A DNA stretch of 63,893 nucleotides, filler included, from Squatina squatina (Eukaryota): the NCBI GenBank assembly GCA_031763465.1. It is 4 parts of 4 records of this genome, joined end to end, with 100 filler letters (N's around TTAATTAATTAA, not from the genome) between each part and the next. Parts side by side here need not be neighbours in the genome. Positions count along the whole stretch, not along the records: positions 37,456 to 50,820 come from JARFOE010000080.1; 3 more parts are not named here. One strand, 5' to 3'. Shown piece by piece: positions 38,148 to 49,546 of this stretch (position 1 is its first letter; every line of letters begins with the position of its first letter). A program made the translations under genes and the position numbers. The notes under the pieces are model-generated. The model made no database searches. It was not told where the DNA came from and was given only the letters and a program-made list of their open reading frames with translations.

Positions 38148-38851
38148 CTGGAAAAACACAAATTTGAAGCAATTAAACTGTCAGGAGTCTTGGCTTTGAT
38201 GCTCAAGTACACGTATACTTTCACNNNNNNNNNNNNNNNNNNNNNNNNNNNNNNNNNNNNNNNNNNNNNNNNNNNNNNNNNNNNNNNNNNNNNNNNNNNN
38301 NNNNNNNNNNNNNNNNNNNNNNNNGGACAACTCACAAAAGACAAAGCACCTATGGACAAATTGCCTATGGGAAGATTGCAATTCTCACAGTCTATTTGAA
38401 TCTGGAGCTATGGAACATATAAATAGGAAGTTACCAGAACAATAACAACTTGGTGTGCATTAGGATTCAAGGCTATGATCTAGTCATATATGATGTGCAC
38501 CTAGAGTCAATGGTTTCTACATTGTATTGGAAATACAACAATAATATTGATTTGCCCAAAGATATTAAGACTCAATCAGTAATATTGCAATTGTAACCTC
38601 ACTAATTGAATTAATATTTAGCAATTTACTGTAGAAAAGTCTGTAGAACTGAGGTATATGTAACTCAAGTAATGGCAGTAATTATATAAGCAGCTGCTAT
38701 TATTCAAGTACAGAATGGGTTCTTTGACGTGCAAAAAATAAGATTGTACACTGCAGAATTATTGGTTAAATCTGATTACTATTCCTTTAGGGTTTCCACC
38801 CACTATAGATTCCGTACAAATAGGAGGTTACCTTTTTAAGCTTTAACTCAC

Positions 38852-39617
38852 CTTAAATTCCTTCTCAATATTGGCCAGCATACTAAGTTCATTACTGAGC
38901 TCCAAAGCCGTAAGTACTGGGTCCTCGCTGGACAGTGACAAGTAGGCAGGGCTTGCTAAGCCTCTGTAAGCGTTTATTCGCGATCTAGAGTGGCTGAAGG
39001 AGTCATTCAGCTGATTCTGTGTACACACCTTGCATTTGCAAAAATAGTTGTGAGGCCGGTCAATTCGGGCCCCCCTTCTCAATAAGATATGAACTATTTC
39101 ATATTCTTGGCAATGAGCTGCCAGGATGATCGGAGTAACATCATGGGAAAACCTGGTACCGTCTTCATCATAGGCATAAAAATCATTGTCCTCTGGTTGA
39201 TATTGCTCTGGACTCGCAGCCAATGTATGTTTTGTAGCAAACAAATGATGATTCTAGATGGCCTCCACTATTCGGACATACCCCTTACTGATGGCCAATA
39301 ATAAACCATCCCCAACACGTGATAGGTTATCAATCTTCAACAGAAGCTCTATGACCTCCAAATGCTCATTTGCTACAGCCAATTGCAATGCGTTCTGACC
39401 CATGTAATCAACACAATTCACATTGAGTGATTCTGATTCCTCCAGCATCCTTCTGACCACAGGAACATTGCCATATTCAGCTGCATCGAGAAATCTCTCT
39501 TCTTCAGGAGTTAGGTTCGTGGATCTATCATTAAACATGTACGCTGGCCTTCGGAAGGCCTGTCGTCTTCCTTTTTGCACTGTCTGCCGTCGTGGCCTGT
39601 CCCCATTGAAACGACTG
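38852..39617 (-). pseudogene. TRPC6: TRPC6-like large ankyrin-repeat exon with in-frame TAG (pseudogene, null allele or base error)
   Basis: ORFs 39254-39580 and 38843-39244 share a frame: ...[26 protein letters not shown]...[14 protein letters not shown]...[21 protein letters not shown]...LANIEKEFK; TAG at 39254-39256 where Leu is expected; tttag/cag acceptor, gtgagt donor. Confidence 0.7.
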
Positions 39618-39799
39618 CTAAATTGGATGGGAAAAACATTAATTAGAGCAGAAAGATATTTAATGGGCTATNNNNNNNNNNNNNNNNNNNNNNNNNNNNN
39701 NNNNNNNNNNNNNNNNNNNNNNNNNNNNNNNNNNNNNNNNNNNNNNNNNNNNNNNNNNNNNNNNNNNNNNNAGTATTTTGCTTTTGTTTTGTGCTGGAA

Positions 39800-40090
39800 A
39801 AGCTCTTACCTGCTGGATCTGACAGCTGCCGCCTCCCTTTAGTTGCTGGGTTTATCTTGTCTTGGGAAACCTGGCCCACAGATGTTAAATTCAAATGGCT
39901 CCCAAAATCTGAGGAACGGCGTCTTATTAACATATTAGAATTATGGACCTGCCTCTCCAGAGCAGGTTACTCAGATGCCTGCCGAACCTTAAATCGGAAG
40001 GTTGGCGTGGGTTTCACATTTTTACTGATGTAACCCCACTCAGTGCCCGACCCTGTCCTTCCCATCATTGGGGGAGGTTAAAATCTCCCC
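39800..40090. mobile_element. Terminal fragment of a non-autonomous DNA transposon
   Basis: Ends gggggaggttaaaatctcccc; resembles the reverse complement of 63300-63540. Confidence 0.45.
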
Positions 40091-40227
40091 CATTATTTAC
40101 ATTAGCGTGGCTTGGTCAGAAAAAAGGTTATAGAATAGAATGTTGGAATGAAACTTGGGCTATATTCCATCTGCTTTTATGTAAGTTGATATTGGAGATC
40201 ACTAAAATGTGTTTGTGTTGTACTTAC

Positions 40228-40389
40228 ATCAAAGTTTACATCACCAAGACAACTGAAAGCCAAGCAGGGACCTTTGATTTTCAACACTGTTTCATGTTTT
40301 TCATTCTGGATGCTGAATTTAGGTATAAAGGGGTGCCATTCCTGGACAACATAGCCAATAGCCTTTCCTGGTGGTGCCTGAACTTCTAG
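40228..40389 (-). CDS. Phospholipid scramblase (PLSCR family) internal exon
   Basis: LEVQAPPGKAIGYVVQEWHPFIPKFSIQNEKHETVLKIKGPCLAFSCLGDVNFD; ttgcag acceptor, gtaagt donor, 162 nt, phase 0/0. Confidence 0.9.
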
Positions 40390-41659
40390 CTGCAAGACAG
40401 ATAAAATAAATGTATTAAACTGCTCACACATTCCTGAATAGTAAAGTAATAATTGAGCCATCATGCACAATTTTTCAAGATTATAAAACAAGTCAGAAAA
40501 CAAAATCAATTTAATGTAAAAACCAGCAAATGCTCAGCAGTCATATAGAGATACATTTATATTGGTGTCAGTTAAACATGAACTAAACAAGGCTCATTAC
40601 TGATGGACAATTCTTCTCATGGCTTCTAAAGATTTTAATGTTTGTCATGGCTTCTAATGTATTTCCCTTCAGTCACAATTTTACTTCTCTCTCTATTCTA
40701 TTGATATTATAATATTCATTGTTTCTTTGAGCTTCCCGCTCTGGTTTCTCCTAAGCTCTAAACATGCTACCCTACACAATCTTCCTTCTATGTGCTCATG
40801 ATACTTACATCACACATCACAATCTCCTACTCGAACTCATTCCTTGCCAGGAACCACCAACTATAGGAATTCTTATGTCCCTCGATCCTTCCTTCCTCAT
40901 GTATATGTAGTCTTTTAAAACCCAAGACTGCCACCAACTAACCACTGCTTCTTCAATTATCTGATTGTCTCTATTTTTCCCCAACTTTCATGGTGTCCTC
41001 TGTGAGAGGTCTTATCCCTTTACCCTGGATTCTCAATGCTCACCAGGTAACTGCAGATCCATGCATTTCATTTGAAATGGACAGTAAATTTATTATCAAC
41101 CTGAAAATCAGTACAAGTGCCTCGGATAACCCCATACATTTTGAATAATGTTTTAAATGTATTTTTGTAACGTTCAATTTTTGCGTAAATTATGCTGTGC
41201 ATTGGCATTCTATACATTGAAAACAAGTGGAATTACAATATGCACTAATCACAAGATTTATTTTTGCAAAACATTTTTTATATGGGGTATTCGAAGAGTG
41301 ATATGGAAATGATGAAGACCTGACCAAGGATAACAAAGGTCTCTTACAAAAGAACGATTTTATCCAAATCTTGAGCATTCACCCAACACAAACATTAAAA
41401 TCTTTAGCTGGAACTCAATGTTAGTCACAACTTTATGAAAAAACATCTTAAATAAATGTAATGATGTCCATACAATCTATGCATGTACTTTAATAATATG
41501 TCTTGGATTGAACACAAACACGAAGGACATTCTTGTGAACAATACATAAAGTTCTCCACNNNNNNNNNNNNNNNNNNNNNNNNNNNNNNNNNNNNNNNNN
41601 NNNNNNNNNNNNNNNNNNNNNNNNNNNNNNNNNNNNNNNNNNNNNNNNNNNNNNNNNNN

Positions 41660-42345
41660 AGTGGAAGCTCAGAATGCTGACATGCAAACTCAGACTGCTG
41701 CCATCATGGCTCTGGATATCAGTGGGCAAAGCGGCTTCCAGGGCATCACAGCACTCCAGCAGTCTGTTCTCCAACAGACCTATTCCCTAAAGACCCTCTG
41801 CAGATATGGTCTCCTGCTGACAGTCCTTCTCCTCCTCCGTCTTCTAGCAACTTGCCCTGCTCTGTGAGGCCTCTGCTCACTCTCCTAGTCATGCTCAATG
41901 CCAAGAGGAAGGCCTACTTGTCCACCCATGCCTGGAAGCAACTGGTCTGTGCATGAGCCTTTGGGTTAGCAAAAAAGTAGACTACTTTTAACCAACTATA
42001 GAAAGCACCCAAAACTCATACCATTACAACAATAGCCAGAAGAAATAAACCAGCAACTAACCTGTAGGTAGGTAAGTAGATGATCCCTTTAAATAGAGAT
42101 GGTGGGGGGTGTCCTTCATGCTGTTGAATGTGTGTTCAGCTGCGAGAGGTTGAGAAAGGACATAGGCTGCAGCATGGAGCTACAAAATGGCAGTGCTGGC
42201 ATCAAATCAGCGTTGCACAGTGATTGATGCTATGATCTGCCTGCTCTGCCAGTGGATGTTAGGTGCTTATGTGATAAACACTTTACCATTATGGCATTTC
42301 GTGTTGGAACTTTAAGAGACCTCGTAGCATCCAAATTTCACCCCC
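41660..42345. mobile_element. Harbinger-derived element fragment
   Basis: VEAQNADMQTQTAAIMAL...LQQSVLQQ resembles the Myb-ORF C-terminus at 59750-59870 (AIAAQAEATQWLAAAVEA...IQNVLQH); homologous to 14790-15480; ends ccaaatttcacccc. Confidence 0.6.
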
Positions 42346-42496
42346 GATGTCTTTGTGACTTTAGTTATGGCTGTTTCAGTGCTGTATCAGGAAGTANNNN
42401 NNNNNNNNNNNNNNNNNNNNNNNNNNNNNNNNNNNNNNNNNNNNNNNNNNNNNNNNNNNNNNNNNNNNNNNNNNNNNNNNNNNNNNNNNNNNNNNN

Positions 42497-43052
42497 GTGG
42501 GAGCCGGCATTTCGCTCACCGGTGCCCGGCCATCCCGGTATTCGCTACTCCGGGGCGTGGCGTGCTTCTGGACGCTCCCTGAGGGAGCCGGGTCAGAGGC
42601 CAGTGGTATGGCTTCAGTGCCACGCCAACGGCCTCCAAAACGCTGCGACAGGGCGACCGGTGACCAGGCCACCAGCCTGGCACGCCAGTCGGCATGCCAG
42701 GTGAGGCGATGGTGGCTCGATACGGCCAAGGGGCCGCCATTTATCGGCCGACTAGAAAGTCGGCCAATTAAAATTAAAAGACAGCCAGAGGTGCAGGCAC
42801 CTTCGCCTTTAAGGGGCCCGTTGCAACGACAGGTTTTCTTGTCGCTGCAATTGCCCTGCACTGCGGCCACCTCCCGCAGGCAAATTTACCCGCTGGATGC
42901 AAACGGCGTGGGCATTGCGGTTGTACGGGTCGGTGCACCTCTTGATGACGTCATGCGCCAATCCGCTGCGAAATTCAGCTGGGCAGGCGCAAAGGCCGTT
43001 AGCGCCCCTCAGAGGCACTAATGGGACGTTAAAAGAGGCCAATTTTGGCCCC
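42497..43052. mobile_element. Young CpG-rich non-autonomous DNA transposon end (Harbinger-like)
   Basis: High GC/CpG; right terminus gccaattttggcccc; shares its subterminal block with 19268-19432. Confidence 0.55.
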
Positions 43053-43381
43053 TTGATTCTTTCCAGTTTTATAAATGTCTCAGAATTTAAATTTACAGTC
43101 CTCATCTGTCTCCTGCATTTAGCATATTGTTGTTAATAAATTGCTGGTAAAATAATCAGATATAAATGAGTTCAAAAATCTGTTGTAATGAATGAATATG
43201 ATTAATATTGCTATGGGTCAGCACTATATTGGCTTACAGTTATATATGAAGCATAGGAACATAGCCATTCCTAAGAAGTGGCATCAAAAATGAAAGAAAT
43301 AATTAATAAAGCTGTTGAAGATTGTGCAACAATATTTTCCCTAAATATCTAATTTCAGAATCTTAGACAATGGTGGGTTGA

Positions 43382-43701
43382 TCATCCCTGCAAATGTGGA
43401 CTGGTTCGCAGGAGGTTCATTGAAACTGACTTGACTTTGATCGGTACCCCATTTTGTCTCCATGTCTCCCAACGAATATGGGAAGTAAGTGATTTTTGTG
43501 TCATTCGGTGAGCCCCATTCAGGTTGGCCAGGCCACATTGATTATACCACCAGCCAGTTTTATTCTGATGAACACTGCAGCTGTCGACAGAACTTCCTTG
43601 TATGTTACACTGTGGTTTGCAACCATCATTGTCACGATCAAATGTACTGAAGAGCATTCCATTCTCGTCATCGTGTGTTCCAAAACCTCGGAAAGCATCC
43701 C
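43382..43701 (-). CDS. ANGPTL5: Angiopoietin-like 5-like, last exon (fibrinogen C-terminal domain)
   Basis: atccag acceptor then [32 protein letters not shown]...[23 protein letters not shown]...[18 protein letters not shown]; DNDGC.P.C, NKTGWW and CGLANLNG are ANGPTL5 hallmarks. Confidence 0.8.
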
Positions 43702-45144
43702 CTGGATAAACGGAAAATATGTCATTAGAATCCTATGAAGCTGAAAGCTTTGTGTGAAAATGTGGCTTCTTCACAGTGTTATAGTGTGCATATAATATAG
43801 AGGGTATTAAATCTAATTCATGAAATAATACTGTATTTTTGATAATCCGCTTACCCTACTACTTACAACTCTGCACTTTAGCTTAGTAAATTCATCATTC
43901 GCATCATAATTACTAAAAAACAAAAAGTTGTTTGCAGGTGTATTGGAAAAGCATATATGATCCCTTCTTGATTTGGAGCTTGTCTGTTGTGGTGCCATTC
44001 TACATGTATTTGTAACTGTGCCTGAAGTGTACATTATTTTACATGTTTTCCATAAATAATTTAGAGATGGATGTTGATAGCAAGCCTTTCAGTTTTATTA
44101 GATATTTCTGTTATATTATTTCCCTGAAGTAGGTACATTATATGCCTAAACCACAACCCTAAAGAAATAAAAGAACATCAAAAGAATGCTGCCATCATAA
44201 AATGCGCCCATCTTGTATTCCAAGGTAATATCCCCGATGAAAGGCATGGTGACACAATTTACTAATAAACTAATACCATCTTCAAGATCCTTGCACGGTA
44301 ACTACAATTAATAACAGAGTGACTGGATTTTGAGGCCCTCATGTTCCATTAGGAGTTTCATTAAATTATACTGTTTGCCTACATAAGAACAGTGATTGCA
44401 TTTCAAAATGAATCTCTTTGTTGGAAAGGTTTTGGGATGCCCTAAAGATGTGAAAGATACTATATAAATACATACTTTCTTTCCCATTGGGATCCAATGT
44501 TGAGAACACAAAAATCAAAGCACAAAATCAGAACCACATTTGATTCCCTAAATCCTTCTGCTAACATATCAATTAAAAATACACAAAATCATCGTAATTT
44601 CCGAAAGATACAGTTGTTTTAATCTATAAAATTACTTAAAATGGATTCCTGATCTGGATTAGTTTGTAGTGAAGCACATATAATTTTTGGCTTTCTACCT
44701 CATGAAATCTAGAAGAACAGGAGGAGTTCAAAGCTTAACATACAAAAGTCTGATGTTGGGGCAGCATAGTCATTGCTTGTACAATAAAGTAATAAGCAGG
44801 TGAAATTCTTGATGCAAGGTGGATGGAAAAGAGTCATCCTTTACCTTAATAAGCATCAATAAATAACAAATTAGTAAATTCTAAGCTATAAATGAAAACT
44901 AATAAAACTGAATGATTCATATAACCGTGTGACATACTTGTCGCTTTAACTTTGAGAATGTTGTCACAAACACTTTTAATTCATAACTAACATAACAATA
45001 GTTAATTTTTAAACACTGAATTTACAATTAAAAATTCACTCAGTNNNNNNNNNNNNNNNNNNNNNNNNNNNNNNNNNNNNNNNNNNNNNNNNNNNNNNNN
45101 NNNNNNNNNNNNNNNNNNNNNNNNNNNNNNNNNNNNNNNNNNNN

Positions 45145-45370
45145 CAGATGCTTCTCCAGTTCAGGTGGTATTGGGCCAGGGATTCTCATGAGTTGGTGGG
45201 GATGTTCAATTTTTCCCCAGGAAGGCTTCAAGAATGTCCTTGAAGCTTTTTCCTCTGCCCTCCTGGTAAAACAATACCTTACCATGACAGAGCTTTGAGA
45301 AGAATGCTTGTATCAGGAGTCTTGTCAGGTGTGTTAACTATGTGGCCTGCCCATTGCAGCTGATGCTGGC
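45145..45370 (-). mobile_element. Degenerate RTE LINE fragment
   Basis: gtccttgaagctttttcctctgccctcctggt...ttaccatg parallels 4553-4600. Confidence 0.6.
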
Positions 45371-45750
45371 CTGAGGATTTGGTATGTGAACAAATTATTG
45401 AAATGTATTATCTCTTAAAATGGATGTCTGTTTACCTTGATTTTTATGAATCCATGAAGGAATATCCTTTTAAAACAGTGATATTTTGTAATCATTTCTT
45501 GAGATACTGTCTGATTTCAGGAAAGGATTTGCAATCCCTCCAGATTAATATCAAAATCACTAGAGTACTATTTGTGCAAATACAGCATTCTTGTCTTAAA
45601 AGATGAAATTAAAGTCTGGCAATAAAATAGTCAATAAACGTAAATGTCCCATAACAACAAATCCAGGTTTTTTTCTTTAGTCTCCATCATTACTTGATCC
45701 CAGACATCATCTTGACAAAAGAATGAAAAAGCAGAGAAGTAACAGTATCA

Positions 45751-45894
<144 letters not shown>

Positions 45895-46054
45895 TCAGCT
45901 GTTGTTAATACGTAGGAGTTTGGCAGAAATTGTGTTTTTACTCTGAGGTTCCNNNNNNNNNNNNNNNNNNNNNNNNNNNNNNNNNNNNNNNNNNNNNNNN
46001 NNNNNNNNNNNNNNNNNNNNNNNNNNNNNNNNNNNNNNNNNNNNNNNNNNNNAA

Positions 46055-49000
46055 CCAAAGGACTTTTCTTGTATTAATGAAAAGCCCTGTGAAGTTCAGC
46101 AATCAGCTGAAGGTATTTCTGAAGTAAATGAAATTGAATGTTGTGAATTTGGAGCCAAATGGAGAATATGCAAAAACAAGAAACTGAGCAAGGAAACCAC
46201 GATGGTTCCTGAAACACACTTCTCAGTTTTTCAGACTGAAGACTCTATTTCTGACCAAATGTTGAATTTTTCTTTCAACGGAATAACCTGTGAAGACAAA
46301 TTTGATGGTGCAGAAGTTGTTGAATCAGATACCACCACCAATACTCATGAAGGTTTGTTCACAGAAAAATATAATGGAGATGATACATTACTACCTATTC
46401 CGAGCCAGAACTGGAGTTACTTTGAATCTTTCATAAATGAAAACAAGGAAGAATTTTTAGATCTCTGTACAACAAATGACTTTTCAACTAACTTGATTAG
46501 TGAGGAAGACAGTGACAGTTTTTTGTTTGTTGATGAATCGGCACTAAGTAGTGATGTCTGCTCACTGAAGATAAGATATGAATCTTTCCAGGACAATGTG
46601 AGAGAGAAAACTAATGCTTTTCAAGATGATGCACAGCTTCATTTTTTTCCCAGTACTCGATGTAATGGTAACAAAAAAGGTGTGAAAACCCCTATAAAAA
46701 AGAATTCTGCTTCTGTTCAGGAAGACGGAAGGGAACATGACAGTCTAGAACATCACACATTGTACGAACTAGAAAGTAACAAATGTCTTCTGTCAGGTGT
46801 TTTTATGGATAACTGGAAAGATGGTGAGAATTCAATAGATTCAGTCTGTTTATCCTCCATTCTAAATGAAGATAGAGGAAATTGGAAGCTATTAAGGAAA
46901 AGTGCTGAAAGATATTCTAATCAAACCAATTATACCTTGAGGGCTAAACGGCAAATACGGTATAGTGACGATTATTTATATGACATTGATTCTTTAGAAA
47001 CCATGAAAACTTTGGGCAAAACTGATCATGTTGCAGATATTCCGCAGGAAGATGATGATGACTGGTGCCCTCGGAAAAGGAAAAAAACTGGGAAAAAGGA
47101 ACCACCTGTTATTATCAAATACATAATTGTCAATCGGTTTAAAGGTCACAAAAACATGCATGTAAAAATCAGTAGATTAGATTCTACGGAGAGACAAGTA
47201 TTATTGACTGATGAAGTAGTAAAAAAATATAAAAAGCTTTCGCCACTTAAGGAATTTTGGTCTCCAATTCCTAATGATTGTAAGGTGTATCATAACCAAG
47301 AAAAAGATGATAGAAAACTAAAAATCTGTTCTGGTGCTGGAATGTCTTATATGTTCTTTGCTTCTAAAAATAAACGACAACAAACACTTGCTAAAGGGAT
47401 GTCATCAATTAAAATAGGACACACTTTGAGTCACCAAAAAGACAGTGTCATTGAAACAGATGCTGCAAATACAGAAGTACCCAAGAAAGTACAAAAATAT
47501 GATAAGTCGGTTTATGAATTTACAGATGAAATCGAACTAAAGCGCATCACCATTCGGACTGTGAGCAAGGCCAATCAGTTAAGAGTCATGCATGAAGACT
47601 CTTCATTACAAAAGCTAAAGAAGAAACAAAACATACTTTCAAAGAAAAGAAGAGCAAATGTTCAGGCTGGGAAAGATACCAGTGGTAGAAATTCTTTAGA
47701 AAGTGAAAATGAAAAGCCTCACATTTCAAATGCAGATATGCACAAAACTCCAGATCAGTGGAATTCTGCTTCTACTACTTTATCTAATTTCAACACTGCT
47801 AGTTTACATTCCCCAACATTCAGTGACAAATTAGAAGCGCATAGTGGCTTACTTTCCCCAGTTCCAGCTTCTAGCTGCCCAGACTGGCCTGTACCATCTG
47901 CTTACAATACACACTCTGCTCCAGAAATCCTTGGAGGATATTTCCGGTCTCTGCTGGATGGAGATGATTCGTCANNNNNNNNNNNNNNNNNNNNNNNNNN
48001 NNNNNNNNNNNNNNNNNNNNNNNNNNNNNNNNNNAACAAAGTTGTAACAGAAAACCCATTTTCTTCTCCACAGCAAAGACAAACTGACGACGCCTCCACG
48101 GGGTGCAATAGTAAATCAAATGCACATCATTTGGAAGAAAAGCCAAACATCCAGGAAGTTTGGAATGTAGAGACTATTCAGAATGTGCATCCGCACAGGG
48201 TAATGGGAAAAGATCCATTTCCCTTCTATACAGTTGTTGACTCAGAAAATGGAAGACACGTGCAGGTTGGAGTTGAAAATCGATCAACTGTAAATAGTAA
48301 CTTAAATCAATGTGGTTCGAAGACATACAGTAGTCAAAATGAAATAAATGCCAACTTCAGTCAAAAAGTATTAAATGAAGAAACAAAGCAACTGTTTCCT
48401 TTAAAAGACTCCCCATGCATTTTAGACATCTCAAACTTTACACCAGCAAAAGTAAAGCAGGGATCTTGGTATGAATTTTTGCAGGAATATACACCGAAAA
48501 TCCTCACCAAAACAGACAAGTCTGATATGAAATCTTTGGAGCAGTGCACCCATGAGCAACTTCCCAGTAAGGCAACATCACCAAATTTGTGTGCAGAGCA
48601 GTGGCAAATTTATAGTGAACTATACAGTACAAATATCCAGACTTGCACAAACAGTGATCCAGCATGTGGTTCATTTTCACAATGTGCACAATCTTCTGTC
48701 CATTTACAGACTTCTGATCATGTGAATTCAAGTAATTGCAAATATTCCAAAGTTAATAAGGCAATAAATAACGTTAGAAAAAGACTCGCAAAATCAAATG
48801 CAGGCGAGTGGGACAGAAAAGCTCTTCAGAAGTACAAGAATTGCAAAANNNNNNNNNNNNNNNNNNNNNNNNNNNNNNNNNNNNNNNNNNNNNNNNNNNN
48901 NNNNNNNNNNNNNNNNNNNNNNNNNNNNNNNNNNNNNNNNNNNNNNNNNNNNNNNNNNNNNNNNNNNNNNNNNNNNNNNNNNNNNNNNNNNNNNNNNNNN

Positions 49001-49546
49001 NNNNNNNNNNNNNNNNNNNNNNNNNNNNNNNNNNNNNNNNNNNNNNNNNNNNNNNNNNNNNNNNNNNNNNNNNNNNNNNNNNNNNNNNNNNNNNNNNNNN
49101 NNNNNNNNNNNNNNNNNNNNNNNNNNNNNNNNNNNNNNNNNNNNNNNNNNNNNNNNNNNNNNNNNNNNNNNNNNNNNNNNNNNNNNNNNNNNNNNNNNNN
49201 NNNNNNNNNNNNNNNNNNNNNNNNNNNNNNNNNNNNNNNNNNNNNNNNNNNNNNNNNNNNNNNNNNNNNNNNNNNNNNNNNNNNNNNNNTTGTTCTCCCT
49301 GCTGTTAATCAGTCTTTGGAAGTGCAAAATAGTTCCAAATGGAAACCCAAACCAATGCAGATGTTGTACTTTGGTACAAAAGATCTGAAAAATAAGTCAC
49401 ACCATGTTTCTGAATGTAACCCAAGCAATGTGGGTCTTAATAATTGCCCTGTCAATCACATTGCATCTTGCTGTGTTCAAAGTATGTCTAGTTCTAGTGC
49501 ACAAATGGCTGACTACAGCTGTCCAAGCAATGCACTTTGTGAATGA
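46055..49546 (+). CDS. NEXMIF: NEXMIF (KIAA2022)-like large exon, 5' end lost in a gap, two internal gaps
   Basis: WSYFESFINE...SDVCSLKIRYESFQDNVREKT, NYTLRAKRQIRYSDDYLYDIDSL, DDDDWCPRKRKK..KEPPVIIKYIIVNRFKG (DUF4683), ILDISNFTP; the frame is open from 46055, upstream of the called ATG; orthology versus paralogy unresolved. Confidence 0.78.
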   Translation, partial: PKDFSCINEKPCEVQQSAEGISEVNEIECCEFGAKWRICKNKKLSKETTMVPETHFSVFQTEDSISDQMLNFSFNGITCEDKFDGAEVVESDTTTNTHEGLFTEKYNGDDTLLPIPSQNWSYFESFINENKEEFLDLCTTNDFSTNLISEEDSDSFLFVDESALSSDVCSLKIRYESFQDNVREKTNAFQDDAQLHFFPSTRCNGNKKGVKTPIKKNSASVQEDGREHDSLEHHTLYELESNKCLLSGVFMDNWKDGENSIDSVCLSSILNEDRGNWKLLRKSAERYSNQTNYTLRAKRQIRYSDDYLYDIDSLETMKTLGKTDHVADIPQEDDDDWCPRKRKKTGKKEPPVIIKYIIVNRFKGHKNMHVKISRLDSTERQVLLTDEVVKKYKKLSPLKEFWSPIPNDCKVYHNQEKDDRKLKICSGAGMSYMFFASKNKRQQTLAKGMSSIKIGHTLSHQKDSVIETDAANTEVPKKVQKYDKSVYEFTDEIELKRITIRTVSKANQLRVMHEDSSLQKLKKKQNILSKKRRANVQAGKDTSGRNSLESENEKPHISNADMHKTPDQWNSASTTLSNFNTASLHSPTFSDKLEAHSGLLSPVPASSCPDWPVPSAYNTHSAPEILGGYFRSLLDGDDSSXXXXXXXXXXXXXXXXXXXXNKVVTENPFSSPQQRQTDDASTGCNSKSNAHHLEEKPNIQEVWNVETIQNVHPHRVMGKDPFPFYTVVDSENGRHVQVGVENRSTVNSNLNQCGSKTYSSQNEINANFSQKVLNEETKQLFPLKDSPCILDISNFTPAKVKQGSWYEFLQEYTPKILTKTDKSDMKSLEQCTHEQLPSKATSPNLCAEQWQIYSELYSTNIQTCTNSDPACGSFSQCAQSSVHLQTSDHVNSSNCKYSKVNKAINNVRKRLAKSNAGEWDRKALQKYKNCKXXXXXXXXXXXXXXXXXXXXXXXXXXXXXXXXXXXXXXXXXXXXXXXXXXXXXXXXXXXXXXXXXXXXXXXXXXXXXXXXXXXXXXXXXXXXXXXXXXXXXXXXXXXXXXXXXXXXXXXXXXXXXXXXXXXXXXXXXXXXXXXXXXXXVLPAVNQSLEVQNSSKWKPKPMQMLYFGTKDLKNKSHHVSECNPSNVGLNNCPVNHIASCCVQSMSSSSAQMADYSCPSNALCE

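Noticed and set aside
39254-39256. Stop-codon recoding (selenocysteine, pyrrolysine or readthrough) in the TRPC exon
   Set aside because: The codon is TAG at a Leu position in a vertebrate, with no supporting signal; mutation or base error is far simpler
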